From IMG/VR virus record IMGVR_UViG_3300012208_000002: a DNA stretch of 64,000 bases; one strand, written 5' to 3'. The notes under the pieces were generated by a model that searched no databases, was not told where the DNA came from, and worked only from the letters and a program-made list of their open reading frames with translations. This document shows, in pieces, positions 10,349 through 21,124 of the stretch. Both the position numbers and the translations under genes were made by a program. This DNA is from a virus. Its lineage: Duplodnaviria; Heunggongvirae; Uroviricota; Caudoviricetes. Position 1 is the stretch's first letter. Every line of letters starts with the position of its first letter.

Positions 10349-11668
10349 ATGGCTATAACACCTACAACTGGCGCGTTGAGCGCCTCTGATTCAACAGCGA
10401 GCACAACCCGAACCATAAGTTTCACCATTACTCAAGGTGCGACGGTCATTGTATCCGGTGTAGCTGGCGGTGGAGCAGGTGGTCACGTCATATCCGTTAC
10501 CGACACTCTCGGTAATATATACAGTGAGTTAGCTCCCTTTGCCACAAATACATTCAATGATGCTATATCAATGTGGGGTTTGCTTTCAGCTACTACTGGC
10601 GGCGCTACCACAATTACACTGACTTTTAGCACTTCATCTACTAATCATGCGGCTGTACAGCAGTACACGGGAGTTACTTGTTTCGGGGCAAACAACGCTA
10701 CTCTTGTTACAGGAACTTCATGCAGTGTAAGTCAAACAACAGTTGACAGCAATAACTTTCTAGTAGCTGCGGGTGGAGCAGCGGGTACATCCGATTATAC
10801 CGTAACAGTTGGAACTGTGCGACAGCACGCACCCGGGGCAGCTTCAACCGTACCTGGTGTTCTGATTATGGATAACACGTCATCTTCGCCCGCATCAGTT
10901 ACAACTACAGCAACTATTACTTCTAGTGCATCTTTTGCGGTGCTGTCAGTTGAGCTACGAACGGGTGGAGCGGCTTGGGCACTTGCTCACGCTCCTACGA
11001 AGGTATTCAACCTAACCAGTAGCGGGAGTGCCGCAACTTTGGGTTGGACCCCCACTGCGGGTAATATGTTGGTCTTAGCGATGGCTGTTCCGTCAAGTGC
11101 GGCAGCTATCTCAACCATTGTTGACAGCGCAGGCAGTACGTGGGGCAATGCCTCTCCGAGCTTTGGGGCGGACACTACAGGTAATCGTAGCACGCATATC
11201 TGGTACGCAAACGCAAATGCGGGTATTACGACAATCACCGTCACTACCACGAATGGAGCCCAGATATTTGAAGGTTGGGTTTACGAAGTTTCAGGGCTAA
11301 AGAACCAGAACTCTGAGGCACACTTTAACCAGGTTAACGCAACAGCGAGCGGGACATCGGCACCCGATGGGGCTGTAACGGAAGCTACCAGCTTTGATTT
11401 TACGGTCAGCGTCATCTACACGGGAAACTTTACCACTTCTTCTGTGTCGGATGCTTTCTTACCTAGCTGGTGGGTCTCCGACCACACGGGCGGCAACGCT
11501 GGATTCGCCCATAAGAACAACAACTTTTCATTACACCGAAACTACAACGCGCAGTGGACTCTCGGAGGCAGCAACGATGACTACTGCGCTTCAACGGCAT
11601 CTTTTGTGACCTTTGAACCTGTGGTTATCAGCGGGCATTTCCTAATGACGCTAGGCTGCGGAATATAA
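10349..11668 (+). CDS. virion structural protein, Thr/Ser/Ala/Gly-rich (439 aa)
   Basis: ORF in the structural block. Composition is adhesin-like and low in complexity. Confidence 0.55.
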   Translation: MAITPTTGALSASDSTASTTRTISFTITQGATVIVSGVAGGGAGGHVISVTDTLGNIYSELAPFATNTFNDAISMWGLLSATTGGATTITLTFSTSSTNHAAVQQYTGVTCFGANNATLVTGTSCSVSQTTVDSNNFLVAAGGAAGTSDYTVTVGTVRQHAPGAASTVPGVLIMDNTSSSPASVTTTATITSSASFAVLSVELRTGGAAWALAHAPTKVFNLTSSGSAATLGWTPTAGNMLVLAMAVPSSAAAISTIVDSAGSTWGNASPSFGADTTGNRSTHIWYANANAGITTITVTTTNGAQIFEGWVYEVSGLKNQNSEAHFNQVNATASGTSAPDGAVTEATSFDFTVSVIYTGNFTTSSVSDAFLPSWWVSDHTGGNAGFAHKNNNFSLHRNYNAQWTLGGSNDDYCASTASFVTFEPVVISGHFLMTLGCGI

Positions 11669-12090
11669 TGAAACTTGCCCCGTCAACCGAACAAGATATA
11701 GAACGTCTAACTAGGTGGATTGAAGCGGACCCGTACCATCATGAGTGCTTTAACCCGTACTGGTGGCTGACAGGTCAAGGTATCTTTTCCTTCTGTTTAC
11801 AGGATAAGGAAGGACCCTTGGCATATTTTCGTTTAGACGAGAAGAATCCAGATGGATTTATTCGTCTTCACATACAATTTGCGCCAAGGGAAGAGGTTTC
11901 TAAACTTCGTTTAATCAGCGGGCTATTCAAGTGCATTCCCATAGTACAAGATTTTTGTAAACAGCAAGACGGCGGTATTATTTTTCAGTCAGTAAATCCT
12001 TCATTGATAGCCTTTGCAAAGAAAAATTTTAATTTCGAAGATTTCGGACAAGACGACTTTGTCTGGAGAATCGAACAGGCAGGTGTATAG
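11668..12090 (+). CDS. hypothetical protein (140 aa)
   Basis: ATGA overlap with the upstream gene. Confidence 0.5.
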   Translation: MKLAPSTEQDIERLTRWIEADPYHHECFNPYWWLTGQGIFSFCLQDKEGPLAYFRLDEKNPDGFIRLHIQFAPREEVSKLRLISGLFKCIPIVQDFCKQQDGGIIFQSVNPSLIAFAKKNFNFEDFGQDDFVWRIEQAGV

Positions 12091-12794
12091 TGTGCGGACC
12101 CAGTGGAAGTCAGAAACAGTTAGCGGCACAAGAAGCAGATTTCTCTACAACATTGAATCAGAACTATGCTAAGAACTTCGCTGCGCAGAGTAGCATTTTA
12201 CAGAACTTGACCAGGATGTTCACGCCTATCGCCGAAGCAGGACCCGATCAACAGGGATTCGGCTCGCAAGAGTTAGCGGCATTGAATACGCAGATAGGTG
12301 AAGGAAGCGGGGCTAATTACGGGAAGGCATCTAGAGCCTTGAACACTGTTCTAGCTTCCCGTGGCGGTGGAAATGAAGTTCTACCGACTGGTGGAGAGGC
12401 TGCCCTTCGTGAAACGTTGGCTAGTTCTGCGGCGCAAGAGGCGTCTCAAGAGGAACTGGCAGTTACCCGAGCTAACTATGCTCAGGGTCGCCAGAATTGG
12501 TCACAGGCTACCGCTGGACTAGATGCGCTGGCTGGACAGTATAACCCGAATGCGATTGCAGGCGAAGCAACGGGGGCGAACACCTCTGCTTTCGGAGAAG
12601 CAACCAAGATTCAAGAGATGCAAAATCAGAAAGAAATGGCTATCGCTGGCGGAATAACGTCTCTAGCGATGGGTGCAGCAACATTCGGAGCAGGGGCAAT
12701 GGGCGGCGGTGGATTTGGCGGCGGATTAAAGGCGCTAACTGGCATGCAACGAACTGGTATGACTCAGGACCCTAACGCTGGAGCAATGGAATAA
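12090..12794 (+). CDS. putative internal virion protein (234 aa, Gly-rich C-terminus)
   Basis: Overlapping start. The position directly before the two large ejection-like proteins resembles podovirus internal core protein order. Confidence 0.45.
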   Translation: MCGPSGSQKQLAAQEADFSTTLNQNYAKNFAAQSSILQNLTRMFTPIAEAGPDQQGFGSQELAALNTQIGEGSGANYGKASRALNTVLASRGGGNEVLPTGGEAALRETLASSAAQEASQEELAVTRANYAQGRQNWSQATAGLDALAGQYNPNAIAGEATGANTSAFGEATKIQEMQNQKEMAIAGGITSLAMGAATFGAGAMGGGGFGGGLKALTGMQRTGMTQDPNAGAME

Positions 12795-12812
12795 TCAGGA
12801 GCATAGAAAGAC

Positions 12813-15116
12813 ATGGCACAAGAACAAGCACAATTAGGATTGCTACCGAATCCCCCAGTGGCAGATACAGATGTGTTGGGTAACCAAACTCCCGCTGCGA
12901 TGGCAGACGCCACACGAACGGGTGCGGATACTTTGGCAAGTCCAGACGCTGCGCTCGATACTGGAAGACTTCCTTTATCTCCAGTTTCTGGTGGTATGTC
13001 ACTAGGGCGAGCACTCTCGTCTCCGCACCTTCAGAAGGTGGCTAATTCAACTCAAAAGGCTTTGAAGGCTAACCCGAAGTTGGCTTCACAGCCAGGCGGT
13101 TGGGCTAAGGCACTGGTCGGTGGATTTATAGATGCAATGGGCGGTGGTCTAGGTGACGCTGCTGCGGCAGGAGAGCCAGCGCCAGGCGGCGGTGGGGCAC
13201 TTACAGGTATCGCTCGTACCATGCAGGCTCGCGGTCAGCGGCAGGCTGCGCAAAGAGAAGAGATATCAAAAGAGAAGACGCAGGAAGGTCTGCGTGCTGA
13301 AACGATGATGCGTATTGCTGCCTTGACTCGTAATGCGTATCGCCAGGAGAAGGCGGATAGAGATGCATCGCACGCAGAAGGCAACACATTTATGAACACC
13401 CTGCGTAAAGACAACGAGACGCAAGAAGATAAAGATAACGTTACACAGAACCAGTTAAACGAGATAATGAAGAAGGACCCTGATTTCTGGAAGACACACA
13501 CAGGACGCGCTGTCGGAGAAGAGCCTGTACTAGACGGAAACGGAAATCCTACAAAAGATAAAGACGGGAATCCGGTGGCATCCCCGCTTTATGCCATTTC
13601 TAAAGTTAACGGCGCAAGAAAGCACGCCATAACTGCGGCTGAATCTAAGTTCATTGGAGACAACGCGGGAGACAAATTACCTGAAGGCACCCCACTGGGG
13701 CTGCATGAATACGATAACGTAATGGTTCGTGCGTCTTCTGCTAATGCGGCTAAGAAGGCCATAGAAAAAGCAAACGATGAAGATTTAGCGGATGAAAAGG
13801 CTCACCAGTTGAGCGCTGATTTGAATGACGTAAACATCCAGCACTATATGCATATGGTTCCTAATGAGCCTCTTGCAGGACTAAACCAAGCGCGTGGAAA
13901 TGCCGAAGCACACATCGCTGAGTTAGATAAGATGATTTCTGCGGGGCAGCAGAAGGGCGGGCAGACTGATACCGTGCAAGCTGTACAGAAAAAGCGCCAA
14001 GATTTCGTAGACCAAACTAAAAAGATTGACAACGTACTATCAGGTTTTAACGATAAAGCTAGGGAAGATTATCTAAAGACGCTGGAAGAGAGAAGGAAGC
14101 AGACAGAAGTCGAGCGTCATAATAAGGCGGAAGAGGTTATTAAGGCAGCCGAGAACAGCATCAATAACCCTAAAGATATCCCGATGACGCCTGAACTTAA
14201 GCAGAAAATTGACACGCTACCTGCGCCCCAGAGAGCAATTCTAGGTAGGTACGATACAAATACGCAGTCTTCTTTGATGAAGATAGCATTCGGAAACGGC
14301 GAAACGGAACTGGAGAAGAACTTCCCGTCTCGTCTGACCAAGGGTGCGCCTGGGTTGAACACTCAACAGGCTCTAGGCGTAATAAATCAATTGAACCCGA
14401 ATTGGAGTGAGGGTAGTTACGCAATAAAGCAGGGTATGTACAAGAGTGCCACAGCAGGACCGATGTCTAAGCAATCAGATTCCTTGAACAACTTCATAGG
14501 ACACGCAGGACAGGCGAAGACTATTGCGAACAAGCTCTTCAATTCAGGCGTCCCGAAGGTATTCAAGAGCACCATAAACGAACTATCGAAGTTGGGATAC
14601 GGTACTGACGCCACATCGTTGCAAGAAGCGATTTCAGTTGTCAACGGCGAATTCGATAACATGGTTAAGAGCGGCTACGCGCCTACTGCGGATGAAGTGG
14701 CTGCTCAGAATACCGTTATGAACGCTAATTCAACTGTCGGTCAGATTAACGCCGCGTTGAGTGTCATGTCTCACATGGCGGCTACTCGTGCTAGCACGAT
14801 GGACCAACACTACAAAACAGCCACGGGAGATCACTTCCCCAACCTTATCAACGAAGATAACCAGGACGCTGCACGGGCTCTAGGTATTCCTGTGGAGAAG
14901 TACTACACAGGCGGTAGAATCGGCGGCTCCGGAAACGCTCCTCAGATGCAGAACACGCAAACAGGGGCACAGGGCAAGGCAACCGCACCGAAGGGCGCAG
15001 CTAACCCTACTCCAGGAAAGTCATCGAATGGTGTGTCAGTATGGAAGATGACTGACGGCACGATTCAAGATGCGCAAGGAAACATGTACGATCCTCAGAC
15101 AGGGAAACCTAAGTAG
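12813..15116 (+). CDS. putative internal virion/ejection protein (767 aa)
   Basis: Large, charged, predicted alpha-helical. Size and position resemble a podovirus internal core protein. Confidence 0.55.
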   Translation: MAQEQAQLGLLPNPPVADTDVLGNQTPAAMADATRTGADTLASPDAALDTGRLPLSPVSGGMSLGRALSSPHLQKVANSTQKALKANPKLASQPGGWAKALVGGFIDAMGGGLGDAAAAGEPAPGGGGALTGIARTMQARGQRQAAQREEISKEKTQEGLRAETMMRIAALTRNAYRQEKADRDASHAEGNTFMNTLRKDNETQEDKDNVTQNQLNEIMKKDPDFWKTHTGRAVGEEPVLDGNGNPTKDKDGNPVASPLYAISKVNGARKHAITAAESKFIGDNAGDKLPEGTPLGLHEYDNVMVRASSANAAKKAIEKANDEDLADEKAHQLSADLNDVNIQHYMHMVPNEPLAGLNQARGNAEAHIAELDKMISAGQQKGGQTDTVQAVQKKRQDFVDQTKKIDNVLSGFNDKAREDYLKTLEERRKQTEVERHNKAEEVIKAAENSINNPKDIPMTPELKQKIDTLPAPQRAILGRYDTNTQSSLMKIAFGNGETELEKNFPSRLTKGAPGLNTQQALGVINQLNPNWSEGSYAIKQGMYKSATAGPMSKQSDSLNNFIGHAGQAKTIANKLFNSGVPKVFKSTINELSKLGYGTDATSLQEAISVVNGEFDNMVKSGYAPTADEVAAQNTVMNANSTVGQINAALSVMSHMAATRASTMDQHYKTATGDHFPNLINEDNQDAARALGIPVEKYYTGGRIGGSGNAPQMQNTQTGAQGKATAPKGAANPTPGKSSNGVSVWKMTDGTIQDAQGNMYDPQTGKPK

Positions 15117-15122
15117 GATAAT

Positions 15123-18100
15123 ATGGCAGACGGATTCAATTTCGGATTCTCAGATACGCCAGAACAAGCTCCACAAACTCCTGCGCAACCAGTTCAATCT
15201 GGCGGATTCGATTTCGGGTTCAGCCAGGACGCCCCTTCAATTGAACCGCAGAGGTATCACGCGCCAAAATCACTCGGAGAAGAAATTCAAGATAAAGGAT
15301 TTCTATCTGGAGTCGGGTCATGGATGCGTGATGACGGAAGCACCGTTCTCAAGAGACACGACGGACAAACCTTACAATCAGGCGACGGTGGAGAGACATG
15401 GGAACCGTATAAGCCTATGGAAGGCGACTATCAGTCCAAGAAGGGCGGACCTATCGTCAACATAATCGCTGCGGGACAGAAACCAGGCACAATAACTCAT
15501 CACAATCCCATAGTTCCATTGCCAGGCGAAGATTTTCAAGGTACGATGAAGCGTGCGGTAGAAGCCGGAAAGAGAGTAACTCCTGAGCAGATAAAGGAAG
15601 AGGGAGAAGAAGATTTAATGAACGCGCCAGGGACGATGGCTACCGCTGCATCGTTGGGCGCAGTCGGTCCTGTCGTATACGGTGGTGCTAAAGGGGTTTC
15701 AGTCCTGAAGCAGGCTATCGTGGGCGGAGACTCTCAGATTCTAGGTCACCCAGAGAATATGATGACCCCAGAGTCTAGAAAGGCTCACCCGTATTGGGCA
15801 GGCGCTTTAGAGACTATTGGTGGTTTATCTACTCCAGAGATGGCGTCTATGATGATTGGGGGCGGCGCTCTTAATAAGCTTCCTGGTCCCGCTGCGAAAA
15901 TAGCGTCTCGTCTAGTTTCTGGCGGTTTCGGAATAACAATGTTAGCCAACGCAGTGAAGAACGTTCCAGAACTATGGGACGCTATGCGCGGAACCGGAAG
16001 ATATGAAGATATGTCGGATGACGACAGAGAATCTATCGCCAAGAACTTGATGTTTCACATTACAGCAGACGCTGCGATGGGGGCTCAGGCTGCCGAACAC
16101 GGCGCAACAGGGACATCTACTCCGTTGACCGAGTACGGCGAAGCAGCCGATATGATGGCAAGTAAAGCAGCACGCGCCATATCCGAAGGGGTCAAGAAGG
16201 TTCCTGCGGCGACCATTAACAGTATCGGCTCTATGCTTGGACGAACCAGTGATTTTGATACTGCGATTAAGAGAAGCAGCAAGATTCCTTCTAAGCAGGT
16301 CGCTGCGCACATGGATAAGATTGCCAATGTCAGGGAAGATTTGCAATCTATCATGAACGATAATCCTAGCATCGAAAGTCCGAAGAACTTTGCGGATAAA
16401 ATTAATGAGCACATACAGTCCAATGAAAACGCTCTGCAAAAGAAAGCAGGAGCTACGAAGGGCTCTGACGAACCAGTTGTCCCGGGCATAACACAGCGTT
16501 TGATTGATAGATTGGATAAGTTTTTCGACGATAACAAAGGCTTGTATGGAGATACTTCAGATGTTCTCGATGCTAAGAAGAGAATTCTTGAAGGTATTCT
16601 TCAGAGTAGAAATGGTCAGCACCTTCAAGAGCCGAATCTATTCGAGGCTGAGAATGTACGTCGTAGATTCAGCCGTGACGCAAAGCCGCAGTTTGCTACA
16701 AACGCTACTCCCACAACGGATGCGTATAAAGCGGGAGCGCTGGAAGCTGCGAGCGAACTTCGTGATGCGATAGACGAATCTTACTCAGCAAAGAATGTGG
16801 ACGGGGTCCAGGATTTCCGTACGAAAGAAGCAAACCTTATCGATATCCGAGATAGATTGTACGACGCTCAAGATAAGGCAGAGAAGGCTGGCGAAGGTTC
16901 TGTATTCGGGTCTTTGACAAAGAAAATTGGTGTGCCGTCTACTGTAGTTGCAATCGCATTAGGACATCCGGTTGGCGCTTTGGCAACGGGTGCAGCGGTC
17001 CTGGGAGACCAGATAGCACAGAACTTGACCAACCCGAACGTGAATGTCAGACGGGCAGCGCAGTTAGCTGCTAGAAACCCGCAAGCTAGAACAACTGTAC
17101 CCGTAGAAAGAACGGATACACCTATACACGGTATTCTTGCAAGTCACTACGGAGAGCCAGTAGGAAAGTCTACCTACCATGAACTAGAAGGACGTTTCAT
17201 GGCTGAAATTGCAGGGAAGGGTCAGCGCGGAATTCCGCTAGAGTCCGATGAAAAGAAGATATTGACTCAGTTGAATGACGCCAAGATACAAGAAAATCAA
17301 GCGCAAAAGAAGCTACAGGAAGAGACAAGGAAGAATATTCCTCCTGTAAAGCACGCCACTCTTCCGGAAGACCACGAAGATGTTCACCCTGTTGAAGGGA
17401 AGCTGCACGATAACATGGGCACGCAAGAGGCACTTGTTCACGGGCTAGCCAAAGCACATGTTGGAGCGGAGAGAGGCATAGATTTAGCTGACGGAATCAC
17501 AACTGAAAACGGCGCGTCAACGCCGATTGACTGGACAAGCTTCATAGGCGAAGACGGAAAGATAGACCCGGAGAAGGTAAAGGGCCGTGCTGCGGACTTG
17601 GCGGCGACATACGTTGCTGGCCGTGTAGCGAACGATTTATGGCACGGAATTCCGTTTACCGAGAACAAGGGGTTGAACGACGACATAACAGTCCTAAAAG
17701 CAGGGTTAAGAAGCGCAGGATTCTCCGGAGCGGACGTTTCTAAGATGGTTGCTCAGGCGGTAGACGACGCTACGACAAGTCTATCTCGTCCTAATGTACG
17801 AGAGATTATGGAGCAACACGCTCAGGTTAGGGAACCTGGTCTAGATGATAAGCACCACTTCAGTCCGGAAAGATTAGAGCAGGTCATTCAAGACCTGAAA
17901 CAGCCGGAAGTAAAAGGAAAATCAAATGCAAAAGGAAAAAGTCCCGCAGGGAAGCCTTCAGGAACTGATGCAGGAGTTCTCGGACCAGGCGAAAAAGCTG
18001 GAGCCGGAACAGAAGTTAAGCCTAAAGAAGGGGATTCAGCAAAGCTTCGACAAGAGGCAAAAGGACCTGCTGAAGGAAAAGGCGCAGGCGTACGAACAAA

Positions 18101-20624
18101 TGAGCCAGCCAAGCCTGCCGAAGCTTCCGAACCCGGAGCAGGGAAGTTAAATCCGGAAGAGCCAGAAGACCTTATAACGAGTGAAAGGCAATCTCCGTTA
18201 AAGCGGGATTATCAAGTCGAAGTAATAGATCAAGCGGGCGAGTCCAAGACAGAAACTATACCTGGGTTCTCAGGCAAAGACGCTTTGAAAACTGCGCAGA
18301 AGAAGTTTCCTGGAAAAGCAAGCTATGTAGTCGATCACCCAGAAGCTGAACCTGAAAACCCTTCTACGAAATACACTGTTCCTACAGGCAAAACCCTCTC
18401 TATGCCAGAGTCTGACCGCCCGGAAACACACACCATGCGTCACGAGCTAGGACACGCGATGGTGGGATTAAGAGAGGGTATGGAACCTAGAGGTATGTAC
18501 AGGCACACCCACACAGAGATGCCTCGTGGTACTAGGGCAGCGGTTTCCTGGAGTACGAAAGATTTAATCGACCCAGGTACAAGACGTATAAAAGCGGATA
18601 AACTTCCCGGGGTTCTTCGTAATACGATGGGTGGAATAGCTGCGGATGAGGCTTTTAACGACCTACCCCGCTCCGCTAACATCAATTTTGATGTACGTAG
18701 GGCAGGCGGAGACGGCTCACAAGGCTATCAGATGTTGAGAGCAGCGGGATACGACCACGATAACGCAATAGACGTATTGCACAGGTCAATTGACCAGGCA
18801 AAAGAGTACTTGACAAACCAGCACGTTTCTGATATTATAAAAGAGAATGAAGGAAGTAGAGAACCCGGTCTCTCTAGGCAATATCACTACAGCCCAGATA
18901 GATTCAAACAGATGCATCTAGAAGCGCAGAGGAGGATCAATGCAGAACCAGGAATTGACAACGGAGCAGTTAGCGGAGAAGGCAGTGAAGGACGTACAGC
19001 AGATGTCGCCGGAAGAGAAGGCGGAGGTCAGGAAGCACCTGGAACAGCAGTTCCGCAAAGCCTAGCGGCTGAGAAGATCAGGGACGCCGCCGAAAAAGCA
19101 GCGGATACTAAGGGCGAGGGATTCTCGTTTAACCCAAAGGCGGGCGAAACCCCGACCACCGGGCACATGGTTGAGACTATCCCAGAAGCGGGGAAGTCCT
19201 TCGACCACCCGCCTACTGCGGACGAGATTCGTCAGTATGTGGCGGATAATAAAGAGACCCTCGATAAGCACCCCGAATTACATGTTGGCGGGTACAGGAA
19301 CACGCTAGGAATCTCAGGACGCTACGCTGACGAAGACATAGCGCATACTGCGGCAAAGAAGCTAGATCAGATTTCTAGATACGATTTAGAGAAGGGCAAA
19401 GAAGTCGAGACAGGCGGAACAGGTAAGACGACTTCGTTCCCAGATTACCCAATCGAACAGCGCCTAGCTGACCTGAGCGAAAGTCACGGACTAAATACAG
19501 CGGAGTTGAAGCAAAAATCTCCAAAGGGTAGCACTGTTCCTTTGATGGAGAATCCTTTAAAGATTAAGGGCACGGGCGAAGCCGAAAGAGTAAGTACATT
19601 GGATGTAGCGAAGGCGCTGAATAAGTACACGACAAAGAAGCTTCCTGCGTTAGAGATAGGTAAGGCAGAGCCAGCCGAGCAAGTCGAACGTGCGAAGAGC
19701 ATCGCAGAAGATGAGGCAAAGTATCAACTACACCAGAATAACTCTGGTAAGGCGTGGTACACAACTGACATAGGCGTGCACGACGACGTTTTACAGCGTC
19801 TGCGCCCTGAGTTAAAGGACCCTGCGAAGATGTCCCTGTTTAAGATGTCTGAGGCTGTTCTTAGCTCAGGGCAGAAGCCGTACCAGAATCTAAAGGCTGC
19901 AATCAAGGCATGGGACCACTACAACGAAACAGGAGAGTTTCCCGCTACAAACCCGAACACCGGGAAGAGTTGGGGTCCTCGCGGTGCTGCGGCGTACGGA
20001 AACGCTATGCAGTCCATCAACAAATTGATACAGGAGAGGGGTGAGAAGGGCGCATCTGACTGGCTGCTGTCTGAGCATCCCGTATCCGAACTTCGTCAGT
20101 ACAATAAATTAGGTATATCAGGTAAGCAGCAAGATTCAAAGCTAGGGGCGATGATTCTCGGGGAGAAGCGCGGTCCCTTCGCTCAGAACCTTCACGGCAT
20201 AGAGTCCGCATTCACCGCCGATATGTGGGTCAGCCGAACCTGGAATCGATGGATGGGCACCTTAGATACTAGACCGACGCCAGACGGCGATACTTCTTCA
20301 GATGCACCGAAGAACAACACAGAGCGCAAGCTGATGTCTCAGAGTTTTGAAGAAACAGCTAAGAAATTAAACTTGACAACCAGTTCACTTCAGGCTATAC
20401 TGTGGTACTATGAACAGGGACTGTACGACGTTCACGGCTCTAAGAAGGAAAGCTGGAGCTTCGCGGATGCTGCAAAGAGGGTAGAGAAGGAACACGGCGA
20501 GGCGGAAAAACAGGATCAGGGGAACATGTTTGGAGAGCAGGCTCCAGCGCCTAAGCCGACAGCACCTGCGGGTCAGGTACACGCGCTAGACTTTATGAAG
20601 CTACTCGGGGGAAGCAAGAAGTGA
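15123..20624 (+). CDS. large internal virion protein (1833 aa) with Lys-rich linker and HExxH zincin-like motif
   Basis: HELGH is at nt 18441-18455 (about aa 1107). A KGKSNAKGKSPAGKPSG low-complexity segment is present. It is the last and largest protein of the structural operon. Confidence 0.65.
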   Translation: MADGFNFGFSDTPEQAPQTPAQPVQSGGFDFGFSQDAPSIEPQRYHAPKSLGEEIQDKGFLSGVGSWMRDDGSTVLKRHDGQTLQSGDGGETWEPYKPMEGDYQSKKGGPIVNIIAAGQKPGTITHHNPIVPLPGEDFQGTMKRAVEAGKRVTPEQIKEEGEEDLMNAPGTMATAASLGAVGPVVYGGAKGVSVLKQAIVGGDSQILGHPENMMTPESRKAHPYWAGALETIGGLSTPEMASMMIGGGALNKLPGPAAKIASRLVSGGFGITMLANAVKNVPELWDAMRGTGRYEDMSDDDRESIAKNLMFHITADAAMGAQAAEHGATGTSTPLTEYGEAADMMASKAARAISEGVKKVPAATINSIGSMLGRTSDFDTAIKRSSKIPSKQVAAHMDKIANVREDLQSIMNDNPSIESPKNFADKINEHIQSNENALQKKAGATKGSDEPVVPGITQRLIDRLDKFFDDNKGLYGDTSDVLDAKKRILEGILQSRNGQHLQEPNLFEAENVRRRFSRDAKPQFATNATPTTDAYKAGALEAASELRDAIDESYSAKNVDGVQDFRTKEANLIDIRDRLYDAQDKAEKAGEGSVFGSLTKKIGVPSTVVAIALGHPVGALATGAAVLGDQIAQNLTNPNVNVRRAAQLAARNPQARTTVPVERTDTPIHGILASHYGEPVGKSTYHELEGRFMAEIAGKGQRGIPLESDEKKILTQLNDAKIQENQAQKKLQEETRKNIPPVKHATLPEDHEDVHPVEGKLHDNMGTQEALVHGLAKAHVGAERGIDLADGITTENGASTPIDWTSFIGEDGKIDPEKVKGRAADLAATYVAGRVANDLWHGIPFTENKGLNDDITVLKAGLRSAGFSGADVSKMVAQAVDDATTSLSRPNVREIMEQHAQVREPGLDDKHHFSPERLEQVIQDLKQPEVKGKSNAKGKSPAGKPSGTDAGVLGPGEKAGAGTEVKPKEGDSAKLRQEAKGPAEGKGAGVRTNEPAKPAEASEPGAGKLNPEEPEDLITSERQSPLKRDYQVEVIDQAGESKTETIPGFSGKDALKTAQKKFPGKASYVVDHPEAEPENPSTKYTVPTGKTLSMPESDRPETHTMRHELGHAMVGLREGMEPRGMYRHTHTEMPRGTRAAVSWSTKDLIDPGTRRIKADKLPGVLRNTMGGIAADEAFNDLPRSANINFDVRRAGGDGSQGYQMLRAAGYDHDNAIDVLHRSIDQAKEYLTNQHVSDIIKENEGSREPGLSRQYHYSPDRFKQMHLEAQRRINAEPGIDNGAVSGEGSEGRTADVAGREGGGQEAPGTAVPQSLAAEKIRDAAEKAADTKGEGFSFNPKAGETPTTGHMVETIPEAGKSFDHPPTADEIRQYVADNKETLDKHPELHVGGYRNTLGISGRYADEDIAHTAAKKLDQISRYDLEKGKEVETGGTGKTTSFPDYPIEQRLADLSESHGLNTAELKQKSPKGSTVPLMENPLKIKGTGEAERVSTLDVAKALNKYTTKKLPALEIGKAEPAEQVERAKSIAEDEAKYQLHQNNSGKAWYTTDIGVHDDVLQRLRPELKDPAKMSLFKMSEAVLSSGQKPYQNLKAAIKAWDHYNETGEFPATNPNTGKSWGPRGAAAYGNAMQSINKLIQERGEKGASDWLLSEHPVSELRQYNKLGISGKQQDSKLGAMILGEKRGPFAQNLHGIESAFTADMWVSRTWNRWMGTLDTRPTPDGDTSSDAPKNNTERKLMSQSFEETAKKLNLTTSSLQAILWYYEQGLYDVHGSKKESWSFADAAKRVEKEHGEAEKQDQGNMFGEQAPAPKPTAPAGQVHALDFMKLLGGSKK

Positions 20625-21124
20625 TAAAGAAATGCGAGCACAACAAACAACGCTCCGTTTGTAGAGACTGCCACGGGAGTCAGATTTGTGAGCACGATAA
20701 GCAACGCTTTCAATGCAAAGAGTGTCACGGCAGTCAAATTTGTCAGCACAATAGGCATCTATCGAAGTGCAAGGAATGCGGCGGAAATCAAATTTGTGAA
20801 CATAATAGACTACGATATCAGTGCAGTCGATGCCGCCCCGATACCACCTATAAAAAGTATCGTAGGCAAGCAATACTTAGGAAACACCCTTTTGAAATAT
20901 CGCTTGAAGATTTTAAACAAATCGTATCTGGCTCTTGTACTTATTGCGGCGAATCCGTTGAGCCGATGACCTGTGATAGAATAGATAGCGATAAGGGATA
21001 TTCTTTTTCTAATTGTCAACCACTTTGCAACGCATGCAATAAAATGAAGTTAGATCACTCGGAAGAAAAATTTTTACGGCATATAGAAAAGATAACTCAA
21101 TACCGATTAGGAGGCAAGAAATGA
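20621..21124 (+). CDS. HNH endonuclease with four N-terminal Cys/His zinc-finger-like repeats
   Basis: Contains four repeats of the form C-E-H-x-K-Q-R-x-x-C-K-E-C-H-G-S-Q-I. The C-terminus has CTYCG...DRIDSDKGYSFSNCQPLCNACNKMK, an HNH motif. Confidence 0.7.
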   Translation: MIKKCEHNKQRSVCRDCHGSQICEHDKQRFQCKECHGSQICQHNRHLSKCKECGGNQICEHNRLRYQCSRCRPDTTYKKYRRQAILRKHPFEISLEDFKQIVSGSCTYCGESVEPMTCDRIDSDKGYSFSNCQPLCNACNKMKLDHSEEKFLRHIEKITQYRLGGKK

